Shown here: piece by piece, positions 23,809-36,458 of the stretch
Layout of the letters: every line of letters begins with the position of its first letter
Numbering within the stretch: the first letter of the stretch is position 1
From: Strigamia acuminata
Lineage: Eukaryota
Reading direction: 5' to 3'
NCBI GenBank assembly: GCA_949358305.1
Contig: OX442314.1
Coordinates: 19,282,001 to 19,346,000, forward strand
DNA: 64,000 nt
Program-made: the position numbers and the translations under genes
Notes under the pieces: model-generated
The model's input: only the letters and a program-made list of their open reading frames with translations
The model's database searches: none
Told to the model about the DNA's origin: nothing

Positions 23809-26800
23809 TGTAGCATAGTGAATAAAGGATAACCTCATTGCTTGAACGCTAGCTAACTTGTGTTTAATGTACTCTATGACCTTGCACTCCTCCTTGCGCC
23901 TCGCGCCCTCTATCGGTTACATTTAACAACACTACATCCCTCCCCTTGTCCGGAGTACAACAACAATCAAGAACAATTCGACAAACATTAAATTTGATAA
24001 CAATAATTCGACACCAAAACAATAATTAATAAAATTCGACAATCAATAAGTTCTATCACAATTCAGTATATAGTTCACAGTTTCACTTTTTTCTCTTCTT
24101 GCAACACATATCATAGTCCTTTTGCCACGACGGCTTGTTTGTTTTCCTATTTGATTTCCTCAGCACGAATGGATCCTCGGGTTCCGGCACAGCCGGGATA
24201 TCCTCCGGTTCCTGAGCGGGTGGAACAATTCCCTGCTCCCCTCTCTCTTCCACTCTCGACTCCGTATCACATAATGGCGTTTTTTCCTCACTTTCATCAC
24301 TCGTCTCCAGCTGCGGGTCCCTTCCTCTCCCTCCGTCATCCTCATCCATCTCCCCATCCCCCTGTCTTACTCTCTCCAATTCCTCCCCTCTCTCTTGACG
24401 TATCTTCTTGAAGAACGATGAGTTTCGCACCACGTTCTGTCTTCCCCTGTTGGCTGTCACTTGAGAACCCGCTATCGCTATAATTCTGAACGGTTCCGGA
24501 TCATACGGTGTTGTTAGTTTATTCACCTTCCTTCTTCTCACCAGGACTACGTCTCCCACCAATAGCCCGTGTTCCCGAACATGCCTCTTTCCATCTGCCA
24601 AACTCTTCATACTCCCCTTCTTTTCCTCATCTCTCTTCCTCATTATCGCATCGTTTGGCCTCACGAAAACTTGTGGTAACCTGGTCTTAATCGGTCTGCC
24701 GTACATCGCGTCGGCCGGCGAAACTCCCGTGGTCGCATGTGGAGTCGCGCGGTAATTTAGAAGGAACTCGTGGACTTCCTCGTGCCATTTCCGTCCCTCC
24801 GTAACCGCCGTCAAGATCGCTTTGTTTAAAGTTTTCATTAAACGTTCAACTTCTCCGTTCGCTTCGGGCCACAGCGGCGTAACTCGATGGTGTCGCACGC
24901 CCATTTCGGCCAGAAAATCCGCGAACTCGCATGACGAAAATGGCGGTCCGTTATCGGACTTCACCGTCTCCGGGATGCCCAACTCCGAGAAACGCTTTCT
25001 CAGAAGCGCGATGACGCCCCGAGCCCCCGTCGACGACACGCCGTCCACAAATGGGAAGCGTGAATACTCGTCTACGATGACAAATAAAATCCTGCCGTCG
25101 GGAAACGGTCCTAAAAAGTCAATTGCGACCTTCTGCCAAGGCCGGTCGGGTAAACTGGACATCTCCAATGGGGTCCTCGATTTTGTCACCACGGTTGCTT
25201 GGCAAGGAATGCATCCCGCTATAAGCCGCTCCACCCGCATATCAATTCCGGGAAACCACACCTTTTGGCGTAAGAGCATCTTGGTTTTCACCACTCCCTG
25301 ATGTCCCCGGTGAGCGATCTCCACTACTTTGTCTCTTAGTGACTCGGGCACCACAATTCGATCGCCCCGAAGGATGATTCCGTCCTCAGTATTCGTAAAT
25401 TCTTCCTGCAACATTTTAAACGGTTTTAAACATTCTTTTTTCCATGTTTTCTCACGTTCTGCTCCCTCCTGTGTCAGCGCTTGTTGTAAAAGTTTCAAAC
25501 TGACATCCTCGTTTGTACACTTCGCAATCTCCTCCCGTGTTAGTGATTTCGGCACACGAGTCCTGACCACGAAATTAACATATCCCTCCACGGTCCTCGA
25601 CATGGCGCCGTCCTTCAGGCCTCTTGTCCCCGTATGTCGCGACATATAATCGCTGGGGTTGGAATTTCCTCTCGTGTACTTTACCTCGAACACATATTGT
25701 TGTATTCGAAGGCAAAGCCTCTCTATCCTTGCCGAAGGTCGCGCTTTGCGGTTCCCGAAAATGCTTATTAACGGCTTGTGATCTGTGAAAAGGGTAAACA
25801 TTGTTCCATATAAGTATAAATAGAAGTGCTCGATGGCCCAAATTGCCGCCAAGGTTTCACGTTCAATTTGAGAGTATCTACTCTCTACATCCGTTAAAGT
25901 CCGGCTGGCATACGCCACTACTCGAGGTTCGCTCTCGCCGCTCCTAATTTGCGCCAAAATTGCGCCGAGTCCATTTGGCCCCGCGTCTACCGTCAGGTGC
26001 GTGCTTGCCGTCGGGTCATGATAGGCCAGCGTGTTCCTATTTCCGAGCTGCTCCTTTATGCACATCCACGCCTCCTGATGTTCCTTTTCCCATCGAAACG
26101 GCCCATTTGAACTTTTCGTCAGGTCCCGCAACGGTTTCAAAATTTTCGCCATATCTCTGACGAAACGAGCACAATAAACTACCATACCGAGCAGACTCTT
26201 TACCTCCGCTGACGATTTTGGGATTTCCATCTTATCGATTGCCTCCACTTTTCGTGGGTCAATTGAGACCCCGGCCGCTGAAAATACATGTCCAAAAAAC
26301 ACTATCTCACCACGGCGCACCTCACATTTGTCCTCGTTTAAAGTCAGTCCTTTTTTTTCCAGTCGCTTCAAAACGGCGTGCAGCGCCGCGTCGTGTACCT
26401 CCACAGTTTTTCCTACAATGAAAATGTCATCAACAATGTTAATGCAACCCTGCAAACCCTCGATCACTTGACGTATGGTGTCCTGGAATAACTCAGAAGC
26501 TGAGTTTATCCCAAACAATAGCCTTTTAAAACGAAATAGGCCCACATGAGTCGCAAAGACAGTATATTTACGAGATTCCGCATCTAACTCAACTTGATTG
26601 AATCCATGATTCAAATCGAGTTTTGAAAAAAACCGCGCTCCCTCCGCCAGCGCCACAATGTCTTCCAACCGCGGCGAAGTGTGCCTAACCCTTTTAATCG
26701 CTCTGTTCACTTCCCTTGCGTCAACACAGAGGCGGATCGCGTCGGGGTCCGGGTCTTTGGGTTTGTCCACGCAGTGGATCGGTGAGACCCACGGCGTCGG

Positions 26801-28561
26801 CCCCATTCCTTCGTCGATCCGTTCGATCACATCCATTTGCAGCAATCGGTCGAGTTCTTTTTCGACCTTCTTTCTTAATCGAAATGGCAGTGGGCGGTAG
26901 CGCTGCGCCACCGGCGCTACTTCCTCGTCCACGTGTAGGTGAATTTGGTATTCCTTGAGTTTTCCCACTCCCTGGAATAATTTGGGATATTGTCTTTTTA
27001 TCTCCTCCTCCAACGTTGTTTTCTTGATATTGTTCACCACCTGCACGATTCCCAGTTGTTTCGCCGTTGCGTAATTCAACAATGACTCACCCGGCCGATC
27101 CACCACGTACGCCGTCGCTTCTAATTCCATCTCTTCGTAACGGATCATTAATGTCACTCGGCCCAATAATGGCAGCGGCTCGGATGATCCATACGTCATC
27201 AGCTTAGCACGACTTTCCTTCAACATCGGTTTTAACTTCATCGCCCAATAATCCTCTCTGCCCAAAACATTCACTGAAGTTCCCGAATCAACGATGAATC
27301 TCGTATCCCTACGCTCTTCCCCCACTGTCAAACACACTTCCGGCATCTTTGGGCTCCCCTTTCTGCCGTCTGAACACAAACCGATTGTAAACAACTCCTC
27401 ATCATCACTCTCCTCGACATAGTCGCACTTCACTGCATTTATTTTGTTATTAGCTTCCGCCCCCTCCTCTCGCTTTACTCGACAAAAGCGCACGAAATGA
27501 CCCGTCTTACCGCATCCCCGACACGCCACTCCCCTCGCCGGACAGTCCTGTGGCGTGACGTGTGGCCACGCTCGACCGCAATTAAAACACTTCCTATTTC
27601 CCGAGCCACGGGATCCGCCGAATCCGCCACGAGCCGCGCCACCTGTCGATTCTCTCCTACGGTACCCCGTTTCACTGTTCGCTCTCCTCCTGCCCTCAGT
27701 CGATGCTCGAACCAGGTTAATTTCACCCGTTACCTCTTTCTCGCTACCTTCCATTTGTTTTGCTTGCCACTCCGAGGCTTCGTATCCTCGGCCCAGGTCC
27801 AGAAGCTCTTTCAATGTCAGCGTATCATCACGCAACGCCTGTCGTCGTAATCGGTTCAAACTTGTCCCCAGAATTATTTGGGATTTAATCTCGCGGTCAT
27901 CGTCCTTAAAATCGCATCCCACCGCTAAATGTCTCAATCTCATCTGGTATTTATCTAACGGTTCCGTCGCCTCCTGGCGGGACATTCGGAATGTATAAAT
28001 GCAAAATTCCGTATTCTTTTTGGGAATAAAATAGGCAGTTAATGCGTCCTTTACCGTTTTATAGTTCTTATCCTCCTCCTCTATCACTAAAGTCTCATAA
28101 ACGGCGAACACCTCCTCACCCGCCTGGTGAAGTAACGTCGCCATTTTCCTCATATCGTCCTTGATTCCCGCCGCCAACATAAACATTTCCAGCCTGCTAA
28201 TCCACCTTTGCCAACGCTGGGATTGAGTGGTGGTCTCGCCATGAACATCGAATGGTGGGATGCCTGCCGACCGCAGAAAACCAGACGTCGCCGTTTCATC
28301 CGCCATATTGTCGCGTTTCGCGTCTGTTTTACTCTCCTCCTCGCACAATTCCATCAGCCGCAACCACACCGCTCATTTACTGTTCGTATGCACTCGTATC
28401 GCGTCTATTTCATCAAACTTCCCTCGTCGCCAATGTAGCATAGTGAATAAAGGATAACCTCATTGCTTGAACGCTAGCTAACTTGTGTTTAATGTACTCT
28501 ATGACCTTGCACTCCTCCTTGCGCCTCGCGCCCTCTATCGGTTACATTTAACAACACTACA
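23809..28561 (-). mobile_element. Full-length Ty3/Gypsy LTR retrotransposon (Mag-like)
   Basis: Identical 128-bp LTRs at 23809-23936 and 28434-28561; 5-bp TSD AATAC. Minus-strand PBS TGGCGACGAGG (tRNA-Ser-like) at 28422-28432 and PPT AAGGGGAGGGA at 23937-23947. Confidence 0.97.
24083..28369 (-). CDS. Gypsy Gag-Pol polyprotein (single ORF; exact start codon uncertain)
   Basis: Two CCHC-type knuckles, protease IVDSGTS, RT (LDLNHGF..IVDD), RNase H (VDAG..YSQIERE), integrase (HRGH..CIPC, IDF, SDNGPPF, NGEVER) in PR-RT-RH-IN order. Confidence 0.95.
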   Translation of the reverse strand: MWLRLMELCEEESKTDAKRDNMADETATSGFLRSAGIPPFDVHGETTTQSQRWQRWISRLEMFMLAAGIKDDMRKMATLLHQAGEEVFAVYETLVIEEEDKNYKTVKDALTAYFIPKKNTEFCIYTFRMSRQEATEPLDKYQMRLRHLAVGCDFKDDDREIKSQIILGTSLNRLRRQALRDDTLTLKELLDLGRGYEASEWQAKQMEGSEKEVTGEINLVRASTEGRRRANSETGYRRRESTGGAARGGFGGSRGSGNRKCFNCGRAWPHVTPQDCPARGVACRGCGKTGHFVRFCRVKREEGAEANNKINAVKCDYVEESDDEELFTIGLCSDGRKGSPKMPEVCLTVGEERRDTRFIVDSGTSVNVLGREDYWAMKLKPMLKESRAKLMTYGSSEPLPLLGRVTLMIRYEEMELEATAYVVDRPGESLLNYATAKQLGIVQVVNNIKKTTLEEEIKRQYPKLFQGVGKLKEYQIHLHVDEEVAPVAQRYRPLPFRLRKKVEKELDRLLQMDVIERIDEGMGPTPWVSPIHCVDKPKDPDPDAIRLCVDAREVNRAIKRVRHTSPRLEDIVALAEGARFFSKLDLNHGFNQVELDAESRKYTVFATHVGLFRFKRLLFGINSASELFQDTIRQVIEGLQGCINIVDDIFIVGKTVEVHDAALHAVLKRLEKKGLTLNEDKCEVRRGEIVFFGHVFSAAGVSIDPRKVEAIDKMEIPKSSAEVKSLLGMVVYCARFVRDMAKILKPLRDLTKSSNGPFRWEKEHQEAWMCIKEQLGNRNTLAYHDPTASTHLTVDAGPNGLGAILAQIRSGESEPRVVAYASRTLTDVESRYSQIERETLAAIWAIEHFYLYLYGTMFTLFTDHKPLISIFGNRKARPSARIERLCLRIQQYVFEVKYTRGNSNPSDYMSRHTGTRGLKDGAMSRTVEGYVNFVVRTRVPKSLTREEIAKCTNEDVSLKLLQQALTQEGAEREKTWKKECLKPFKMLQEEFTNTEDGIILRGDRIVVPESLRDKVVEIAHRGHQGVVKTKMLLRQKVWFPGIDMRVERLIAGCIPCQATVVTKSRTPLEMSSLPDRPWQKVAIDFLGPFPDGRILFVIVDEYSRFPFVDGVSSTGARGVIALLRKRFSELGIPETVKSDNGPPFSSCEFADFLAEMGVRHHRVTPLWPEANGEVERLMKTLNKAILTAVTEGRKWHEEVHEFLLNYRATPHATTGVSPADAMYGRPIKTRLPQVFVRPNDAIMRKRDEEKKGSMKSLADGKRHVREHGLLVGDVVLVRRRKVNKLTTPYDPEPFRIIAIAGSQVTANRGRQNVVRNSSFFKKIRQERGEELERVRQGDGEMDEDDGGRGRDPQLETSDESEEKTPLCDTESRVEERGEQGIVPPAQEPEDIPAVPEPEDPFVLRKSNRKTNKPSWQKDYDMCCKKRKK

Positions 28562-29145
28562 AATACTTGGATGTATCGGAAACTACAGTACAAGATTTAT
28601 GGGACAATTTTGCAACAGGAAATGTTACATATCTTGGGAAATACACTCCTTTGGTATCAATAAATTCCTTATTACATTTACGTTTACTGAAGATCAAAAC
28701 AGAACTTATAGAAAAACATATCTAGCCTTAAACGTTTCAAGTGCTGATTTATCCAGGTACCAGGTATACACAGGTGTGTTGAATAAGAAATCAAATTCGT
28801 CAAAACTTGCCACAATTAGGAAATATTATAAAATAAACATTATCCATGTGTGTTGTGACCTTCACCAGAACTGCAAAGTTTGGAATAATAAAATTCACCA
28901 CACTTTGCCACAAAGTAACCCACCCCAGGTCAAAACCAGTCAAAATAACTTTTCCAATGCAGCTCAAATGTTGCAGGCTGTTTTTCTATAAGTTGGCTAG
29001 TTCAAAATCGAAATAATGTTTCTTAAAATTGTCTCACTTTTTAAAAGAAATTTTTTATTACATCGTTCACGGAGAATAAAAAGCCGAGATTTACCAATTA
29101 TTCGACGGTTTATGGAAATTGTGCTAAATACAAATTAGGTCTGTT

Positions 29146-29170
29146 CTTGGACGAACAGTGTTCGTCCAAG
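29146..29170. repeat. 25-bp perfect palindrome insertion with 7-bp target duplication
   Basis: GTCTGTT|CTTGGACGAACA-G-TGTTCGTCCAAG|GTCTGTT; absent in copies 1 and 2. Confidence 0.85.
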
Positions 29171-30421
29171 GTCTGTTATATCATTGTTTGAATAATAGTA
29201 ATTCATTCTAATATGACTTCAATACTAACTGTTCACAGATGAACCACTGGAAATGTTTGGAACTACAACTACAGTAGAAAGCACGATATACAATGTGAAT
29301 GATTCTTCTTGTAAACAACCCATAGTAACGGTACGTTCGTTAAAATAAATCGGCTAGAACAAGTGCAGTATTTAAAAATAATTCCTAGATTTTCATAGCC
29401 CCGAAAGACGTCCCTTTAGATTTTGAGTTACGCACAACTCTGAAAATTCCAAGGAATAAAATAGCTATCATCGCTTTAAGATTTCAAAAAGTAATTATTG
29501 TCATTGAAGATACTTAAATACGATATATTATTATTGATAACAATAAAAATTTTATTACAGATAATTAGATTAAACAGCCAAGACAAGCAACAATGCACCA
29601 ACAGAAAAACTGCAATCGATTGTCTTACGAAATGTCACGAAAATCTACTTTTCAAAAAAATACCTTGCAGGAAAGTTAACTGTTAATTTACATATAGAAT
29701 TAGAATTGTTTTATTTAAAATAAACATCTTCTCTACACTCTACAGGTTGCCTTTCATGCCTGAAAATGGGAGACAGCAATTTTGCACAAATTCAAGATCT
29801 GCTGAAGTAGCCAGAACAATTTATGAAGAAATCTACGAAAGGCATTTCCCAGATGGCAGTTGCAAATGTTTACCATCCTGCACCGAATTGAGATACGAGT
29901 ACAGCGACTTCATTGAACCTTACGACGAAGAGTTTACTTTTATTCAACTTTTCTTTCCAAAAGGTCTCTTAGAAACGATTCAAGAAGTGTATTCGTATAC
30001 ATTCATACAATTTATTTGTGATGTTGGCGGTATTTTGGCAATTGGATTAGGGTTCACAGTTTTAACGTTAGTTGATACTCTTCAAGCTCTCATCAGTTTT
30101 GCAGTTTCTTCGAAACATTACAAATTAAATATTTTATTTTATAAAAACTGATTAGAAAAACTGATTAGACTTGATACTTTGTTCAATGTTAGTATTACCG
30201 GAACCCAGAACAGGATGAATCGTATTCACCCCCCCCCCCCCTTAGCAACAAATGTCTCCCACTCAGGCCCGTCTGTTGACATATAACCATTTTTTCCCTT
30301 CACCTAGCAGGAGTCTCATCAATTCTGGGCTTAATTTACTTTATCACAAATGAGCTTTTTTTGGTCCAAAAGTACTATTTTGGACACAAGTTTAACTTCT
30401 ATTGCATAGTCTTACTCTTAA

Positions 30422-30824
30422 CCTTCCCATAGCCATGGTAGGTCAAAAAAATTACAGAAGTGCAAAAATCACTGTAATTCTTTTTTTCCTGAAAATTAAT
30501 TAATGAGGTTAACTTTTATTCCTCAAAAACATTTTTTTCTTATTTTATAATGTCTAAATACAAATAGTTTTTCAATAATTAATAAGATAATTTAATATTT
30601 ATAACATAAAACACCCTTAATGGGAGCGCCGTACACCACTTTGCCATCTGTTTGCACTAGGTGGCGTATTAAAATTAGTCCTAAAACATGTGCTTTTACC
30701 AGGAAAAATGCGATTGCACCAGGAAAAATGTGATTGTGCACATGTGCAAAAGGATTTTTAAAAGAAGGCAGAAATGACCGACCTTAGCTAGCAATGGTGG
30801 AAACTAGGCTTGGCTATGGGAAGG
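30422..30824. mobile_element. piggyBac-type MITE
   Basis: TTAA|CCTTCCCATAGCCA...TGGCTATGGGAAGG|TTAA. Confidence 0.85.
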
Positions 30825-31963
30825 TTAAGCACACATTTTTTTTCCTTGGGCCTTATGAGATGGGTACGACATACGAGATTGAAAACTTGAAAGATTGGAG
30901 ACAAATTTGATACAATTTTAAAAAAATTTCGCAAATTTAATTTAAAAAAAATTAAAACTTTACAATTTTTTTAAAAAGTTTACCAAGAGACTTTATTTTT
31001 ATAAGAGGGCCCATTAATTTTTTTTAGTACACCACTGAATGCCTGAAACATACGGTATTTTAAAATAATCTTAGTTTCGCCCCCCCCCCCCAAATTAGTC
31101 GGTCAATTGCTTAGAGAAGACCAACCTTAAAAATTCCCATTCTCCGAGTCTGGTTCCTTAGTTGTGTAGCGCCATCTTTTACTAGTGTTTACTAACTTCA
31201 CCAACGGTGGCGGTGATTTCAAATTTGTTCCAATCTCATTTTTTATTTAAATTATAAACTGAGCACATATTTTCATTCAATATTGTCAGTCTGAATATTT
31301 TCAACTCTTTGTATAAAATCACAATCACCCAACTTTCCGCTTCCTTAAAACACTCATAACCATACATCTTAGAAAACATTTTTACATTTTTAAAAAATTG
31401 CACTTGTTTACCCCATTTTCCACTGAGAAAATAAGCAAACACGATTTCATTGACCCATGTTTTGATAAGATGTTCCACAACTCCATGCAAAATATTTTCA
31501 ACTGAAGTTATGTTAAGAAAAAATACGAGTGAGCACATGAGTTCGAAGCTATTTAGACATTTTATGTAATTTCTTTTAAACATTGAAAAGAATTTTACTT
31601 ATTTTAAATACTAATCACAATTATTAACCAAATTATTGCGCTTATTAGCTTACTGTAACATTAATTATCTTTAATAAGAGCAAAAAATAAAACATTCCCA
31701 TGTGTTTCCTGTCTCCACTCGATCTGTTTTAATTTCGTCCGTTTTAATTTTTGTAAAATGTGAATAATTTTTCGCAAATTTTAGTATTCACTCCTCACAG
31801 CGTTCATCACTGTGCCAAGTTATATAACTTAATCCTCCATCATTGAGAAATCTAACCCAAAACACATGTAACACAAGATAGTCGCCCCTGAATATTAAGC
31901 AAGTGTTTTTGTTCGACAGCAGAACCACTGTGGGACGTAACATAAGCTTGTACTAATAACAAC

Positions 31964-34900
31964 ATGAGATGTGTTTGTGTGTTCTTACGACGCAACAAAA
32001 CAAGCGGTGCAATGACTTTAATACAAACAAACGACTCAAATGATATTGTTGTAAACGAAGAGAACAATGCAGTAACAACACCAGTTGAAGAAAAAGTTGT
32101 TATCGTGGAAAGGCTGTAAGGATTTCATGTGAAACGTAATGTTGGATGTTTTGTATTATACTATTTTGTATTCATTTCGTGTAGAAAACGAAGTAGTACC
32201 GAGTGGGTTTTTGGATTGTTGGCAATACTTTTGCTTTGTGCTTGTGCAATTTTAGCTGCTGAATTGAGCCTTGTCGTGTCGAAGGGAAACTTAGAGGAAA
32301 AAAACCTAAGCGGTTGTTTATTTATTTATTTTGTTTTATTATGTTTTATAATTTTAATTAATTTTAACAGAATTGAACCAAAGTAGTATTGAAAGTCCTT
32401 CGCATGTGTGCTTGAGTTCAAATTGTCTGAGAACAGGTATAAAAAAATGATTACACAATTAAATGACCTTGTAATTATAATTTTTTTCCATCGTGTTGTT
32501 ATAGCGAGTGTAATAACAGAAAATGGTGACTTTAATCACGACCCGTGTGAAGATTTTCATCAGTTTTCTTGCGGTGGGTTCATGAAGAAAAAGAATGTGC
32601 AAAATAAAGGTTTTTTTGATTCATTAATAACAGATGCACAGAAAAAGTTACAAGGTAAATAAAGACAATAAATATAGAAAATAAACTTTAACTGATGCGT
32701 TATATTACATTCCAGATATAATTAAATCACCTGTGATAAGAAATGAACCCAAAACCGTTGAAAAACTCAAAGTATTTTACCAATCATGTATTCAGACAGG
32801 TAAATAATACAAAAGTTTGCTTTTTTCCTATTTATATCCTGAAAATCACTAAAATTTATTATATATATTTTTTTTTCACAGATAAAATTGAATTTTTAGG
32901 TCTACGCCCTATGCAGAAAATTCTCGATTTAGTTGGGGGTTGGCCTGTGGTACTTAATTCAAAATGGAGATATGGAAGCTTCAGCTGGCAAGAATTAGCC
33001 AATAAATATAGAATAGCAAATGTTTCTGTAAATTTCTTTTTCGAGCCTAGAATAGCGTTTGATACAGGCAGTGATGGACTAAAACTGAGCTTGGGAGTAA
33101 GCAACCTAAGCATCATCAATATTTAGAATTTACTTTTCTTTGCTACAAAAATGCCATTGATTTCGTATTAGTTATCGTCTGCGAACTTGGGCTTGACATC
33201 GATCACAGACGAGTCTAAACATGAAGATTATTATCAAAAGCTGGTTAATTTAGCCATTTTATTTGGCGCCGATAACGAAACAGCTCGCAGTGAAATGCGA
33301 TATGTTTTTTATTTTGAAACTGTAGCCAAACATGTGAGTACAAATTGACATTTTTGCTGTGTCGCATTCAAACCAATTTCAGAAACCTTTCAAGTGCTGT
33401 TTTTCTGCTATTTTTAGTGTAAACGTAAAATACTCAAAAAAATGTGCAAATATAATCAAATTAAACCGATAAATGTATATAATTTTCAGGAATATTGGAA
33501 TAATTTTAATTTAAACAACCAAAGAATTGTCAAGATGAATGTAGGCGAGTTGCAAACGTTAGTTCCTCAAGTATGAAATTTAATACCATCACATTATTAC
33601 AGTTTAATTAATTAGCCGTTGTATTCAAGGTTGATTGGAGAACATATCTAAGCGCTTTTCTGCCTTATACAATCAATTACAAAGACACTATTTTTGTGGA
33701 TTCACCGGCATTTCTTCCCAAATTTGCACAACTGCTTGAAAAAACAGATCGAAGGTTGGTGAAGGGAAGTAGAACCATTTTCAATATTCCAGTAATTTTT
33801 TTTTTTTAAAAAAAAACACAGGACGTTAGCCAATTATGCTGCTGCACGAACCATCTGGAACCTGGCTCCATTATTGAATCAAAAAGTGAGGAATGTGGTT
33901 GGAAGTAATTTAATTCCAGAACCAAGGCAACATTATTGTTTGGATATTGCAATGAAATACTTCTCGGTTCCAATCGGTGCCTTTTATTTATTAAAATATG
34001 TCAATACTGGGGCGAAGGAAATAGTTAAAGAAATAGCTAATCTCGTTAAACTGGCTTATTTTCTAACAATCGATTACTCTGGTTGGGATTACACAGTGAA
34101 ACATTCTATAAAACAAAAGGTGATTTGTTTTTGAAAAGTACAGTGATGTTAAAATCAATTATTTCTCAAATCGTGTTGTTTTCTAACAGCTCGCTGACGT
34201 CAAGTTTTTCATAGGATATCCAGACGAATTGACTAATTTCACACTGATTGAGGAGTTGTATTATACTGTAAGTAACAGACGAATGGAAGCACAAATATGA
34301 TAATTTATGTCTTTCAAAATCCAATTCTCAGCTGTCGTTTAATCAAGGAGAATTTTTTGATAATTTTCAAAAAATTAAAAAACATTATTTCGATAAAAGT
34401 ATCAAATATGCCCAGCACGGAAAAAGCATCGTAAATAAGTGAGGCTTAAATTGCTCGTAAACTTAAATTTATTTAACGCTTAATGCAATCTCATTTATAG
34501 TTGGGATCAAAATGGTGGAGCGTCTATTGCCCTTGAAGTGTTTTATTTAGATCTCACAAACACATTGTGTAGGTAGTAAATCAAGGCTAAGATCTACAGA
34601 TTATATTATTCTCAAATACTTTTAAACAGATGTTCCTATTGTGATGATCGAAGAGGTTTTCCAGGTGACTGAGAAACCTGCATATATGAATTTTGGCAGT
34701 CTGGGGGTTTTGATTGCCAAGGAATTTGCAAAAATTCTTACGAAATCACAAGGTGACCTCTTTCTCTTCTTTTTTATTCATAGAATTTTAAAAAATCAAA
34801 CTGTTTTTCAGGAAATGAACAAAATATTAAAGACAAGCTTTCATGCCTGAACAAGCAACATAAAGTAAGACAAAAATATTTGAAATCTGATTGAATGACA

Positions 34901-36029
34901 GTAGAGCCTCGGTTATCCGAACTAATTAGGGACATAGGTGTTCATAAAACCGAATTGTTCGGATAATCCAACATTAGGTTGACTTGTATACACACACTGT
35001 ACTACATATGAAAATATAAAGTCATTAAAATATAGTTAGAAAGCAATAAAACCGACCAAAAATGGATAAAAATTGCCAAAAAACATTAAAAACCGATTAA
35101 AAATCGGTAATAAATCGGTAAAAAATCGGTAAAAAATCGCTTTACTGCTGTTCGGATAGCCGAAAGTTCGTATTACCGGTGTTCCGATAATCGAGGCTCT
35201 ACTGTACTTGATATTATCATTCTTTCAAGTTTCCTAGCAATCCAGACATAACTAAAGAAATTTTGAATTATTTCACTGGAATTGAAATCGCACAAAAGGT
35301 AATGTCCATCGACTGCATTTTGTATTATATGGTATAATATTAGGCACACAATTTAGGCATACAATTTATGGAGTGCGAAAAATGGAATCGAAAAGTCTTT
35401 ACCAGGAGAAAATTTTACTATTGAGCAAATGTTCTGGATTAGTTATGCTAATGTAAGTGTTTTTTTTTTTTGTTTTTTTTTTTTTTTACATTTAATTATT
35501 TACTGAGTCAACTACCTACATTAATGCTTTTTTAATTTGAACTGAACAGTTGTTTTGCACAAAATTGAGCCCGTTTGATAAAGATTCAGATTTAAACTAT
35601 TTAAGGTAATAAAAAAAACGAAGTGGCTACACGTTCATGTCCGACATGAACGTATTATTTTCATGACGCAGTGTGATTGGTTGACAGATGAAAATACTCG
35701 TTCAGTCTATGTTGCTAAAAACGAATAAGGTTAGGTTTGGGGGAGGGGGGGGGGTGTCAAGCAAAAAAGAAGATACATCCTCGAAAACATCGCTTTGAGA
35801 AAACATGCGTTGAAATAACGAACCGACATCAATAGATCTCAACCAATCACAGCGCATCATTAAAATAATACGTTCATGTCGGAGATGAATGTAGCGACTG
35901 CCAAAAAAAAATATGGTTCGATTAATTTGTTATTATTTTAGGTTAACTTTGCCGTTGAGGAATGTTCACAATTTTCTGCAAGATTTCAAATGTTCTACAA
36001 ATACAACAGAAAAATGTGATTCCTGGTGA
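31964..36029 (+). CDS. Multi-exon M13 (neprilysin-like) type II membrane protein, predicted catalytically inactive
   Basis: N-terminal [49 protein letters not shown] and C-terminal CDSW*. HExxH is replaced by KEFAK. The exons checked are GT-AG and in frame. Confidence 0.85.
34899..35204. mobile_element. pogo/Tigger-type MITE in an intron
   Basis: CAGTAGAGCCTCGGTTATC...GATAATCGAGGCTCTACTG|TA. Confidence 0.8.
35620..35903. mobile_element. MITE with about 65-bp imperfect TIRs in an intron
   Basis: GCTACA..TTCAT.TCCGACATGAACGTATTATTTT..TGTGATTGGTTGA is mirrored at 35839-35899; internal GGTTAGGTT. Confidence 0.7.
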
Positions 36030-36458
36030 TTTTTTTTCCATTATACAACACTTATGTAATATTTCGATGCAATATTCTCATATCATAATCACTGCCACTA
36101 TCACTATTCACTTGAATTCTGATTCGTCATTGAAACATTTAAATTCTACTCTTAAATTTTTAACTCTTGATAATTTTTTGTTTGTGATAATAAATAAGAT
36201 AAATTTTCCAAAGAAAAAAACCAAGTTTTTCTTACTCGTACCTTTAAAGGGTAACAAAAACACTCAAAAAACAAGTTTAAAAATTATAGAGCCAAAGCAA
36301 GTCGTTGCCTGGCAACACCAGAAATTCATTAGGTCACATGATGCAGAAGTGCAAGACCCCAGTACTCATGTTTTCTTCAGACCGTGTGGAGAAGCCGTGC
36401 AAAGATGTGAAGTTTGAAACTTGTGGGTGTTAGTGGAGACACACACACTCCTTTTGAA

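Larger units (their letters stand above)
21421..30151 (+). pseudogene. Double-domain DEG/ENaC gene, copy 3 (pseudogene)
   Basis: Collinear with copy 2. Lesions: in-frame TAA at 21463-21465, loss of the splice donor near 23022, a 5-bp insertion giving TAA at 23393-23395, and the Gypsy insertion at 23809 inside an exon. The ancestral stop is changed to TAC, extending the ORF to 30151. Confidence 0.85.

Noticed and set aside
24139..28457. Plus-strand ORFs within the Gypsy element
   Set aside because: Antisense shadows of Gag-Pol.
28485..28991. 168-aa ORF starting in the Gypsy LTR
   Set aside because: It runs out of frame through the ENaC exon remnant into intron sequence.
35962..36417. 151-aa ORF after the M13 gene
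   Set aside because: It overlaps the last exon out of frame and continues into AT-rich UTR/intergenic DNA with no motifs.
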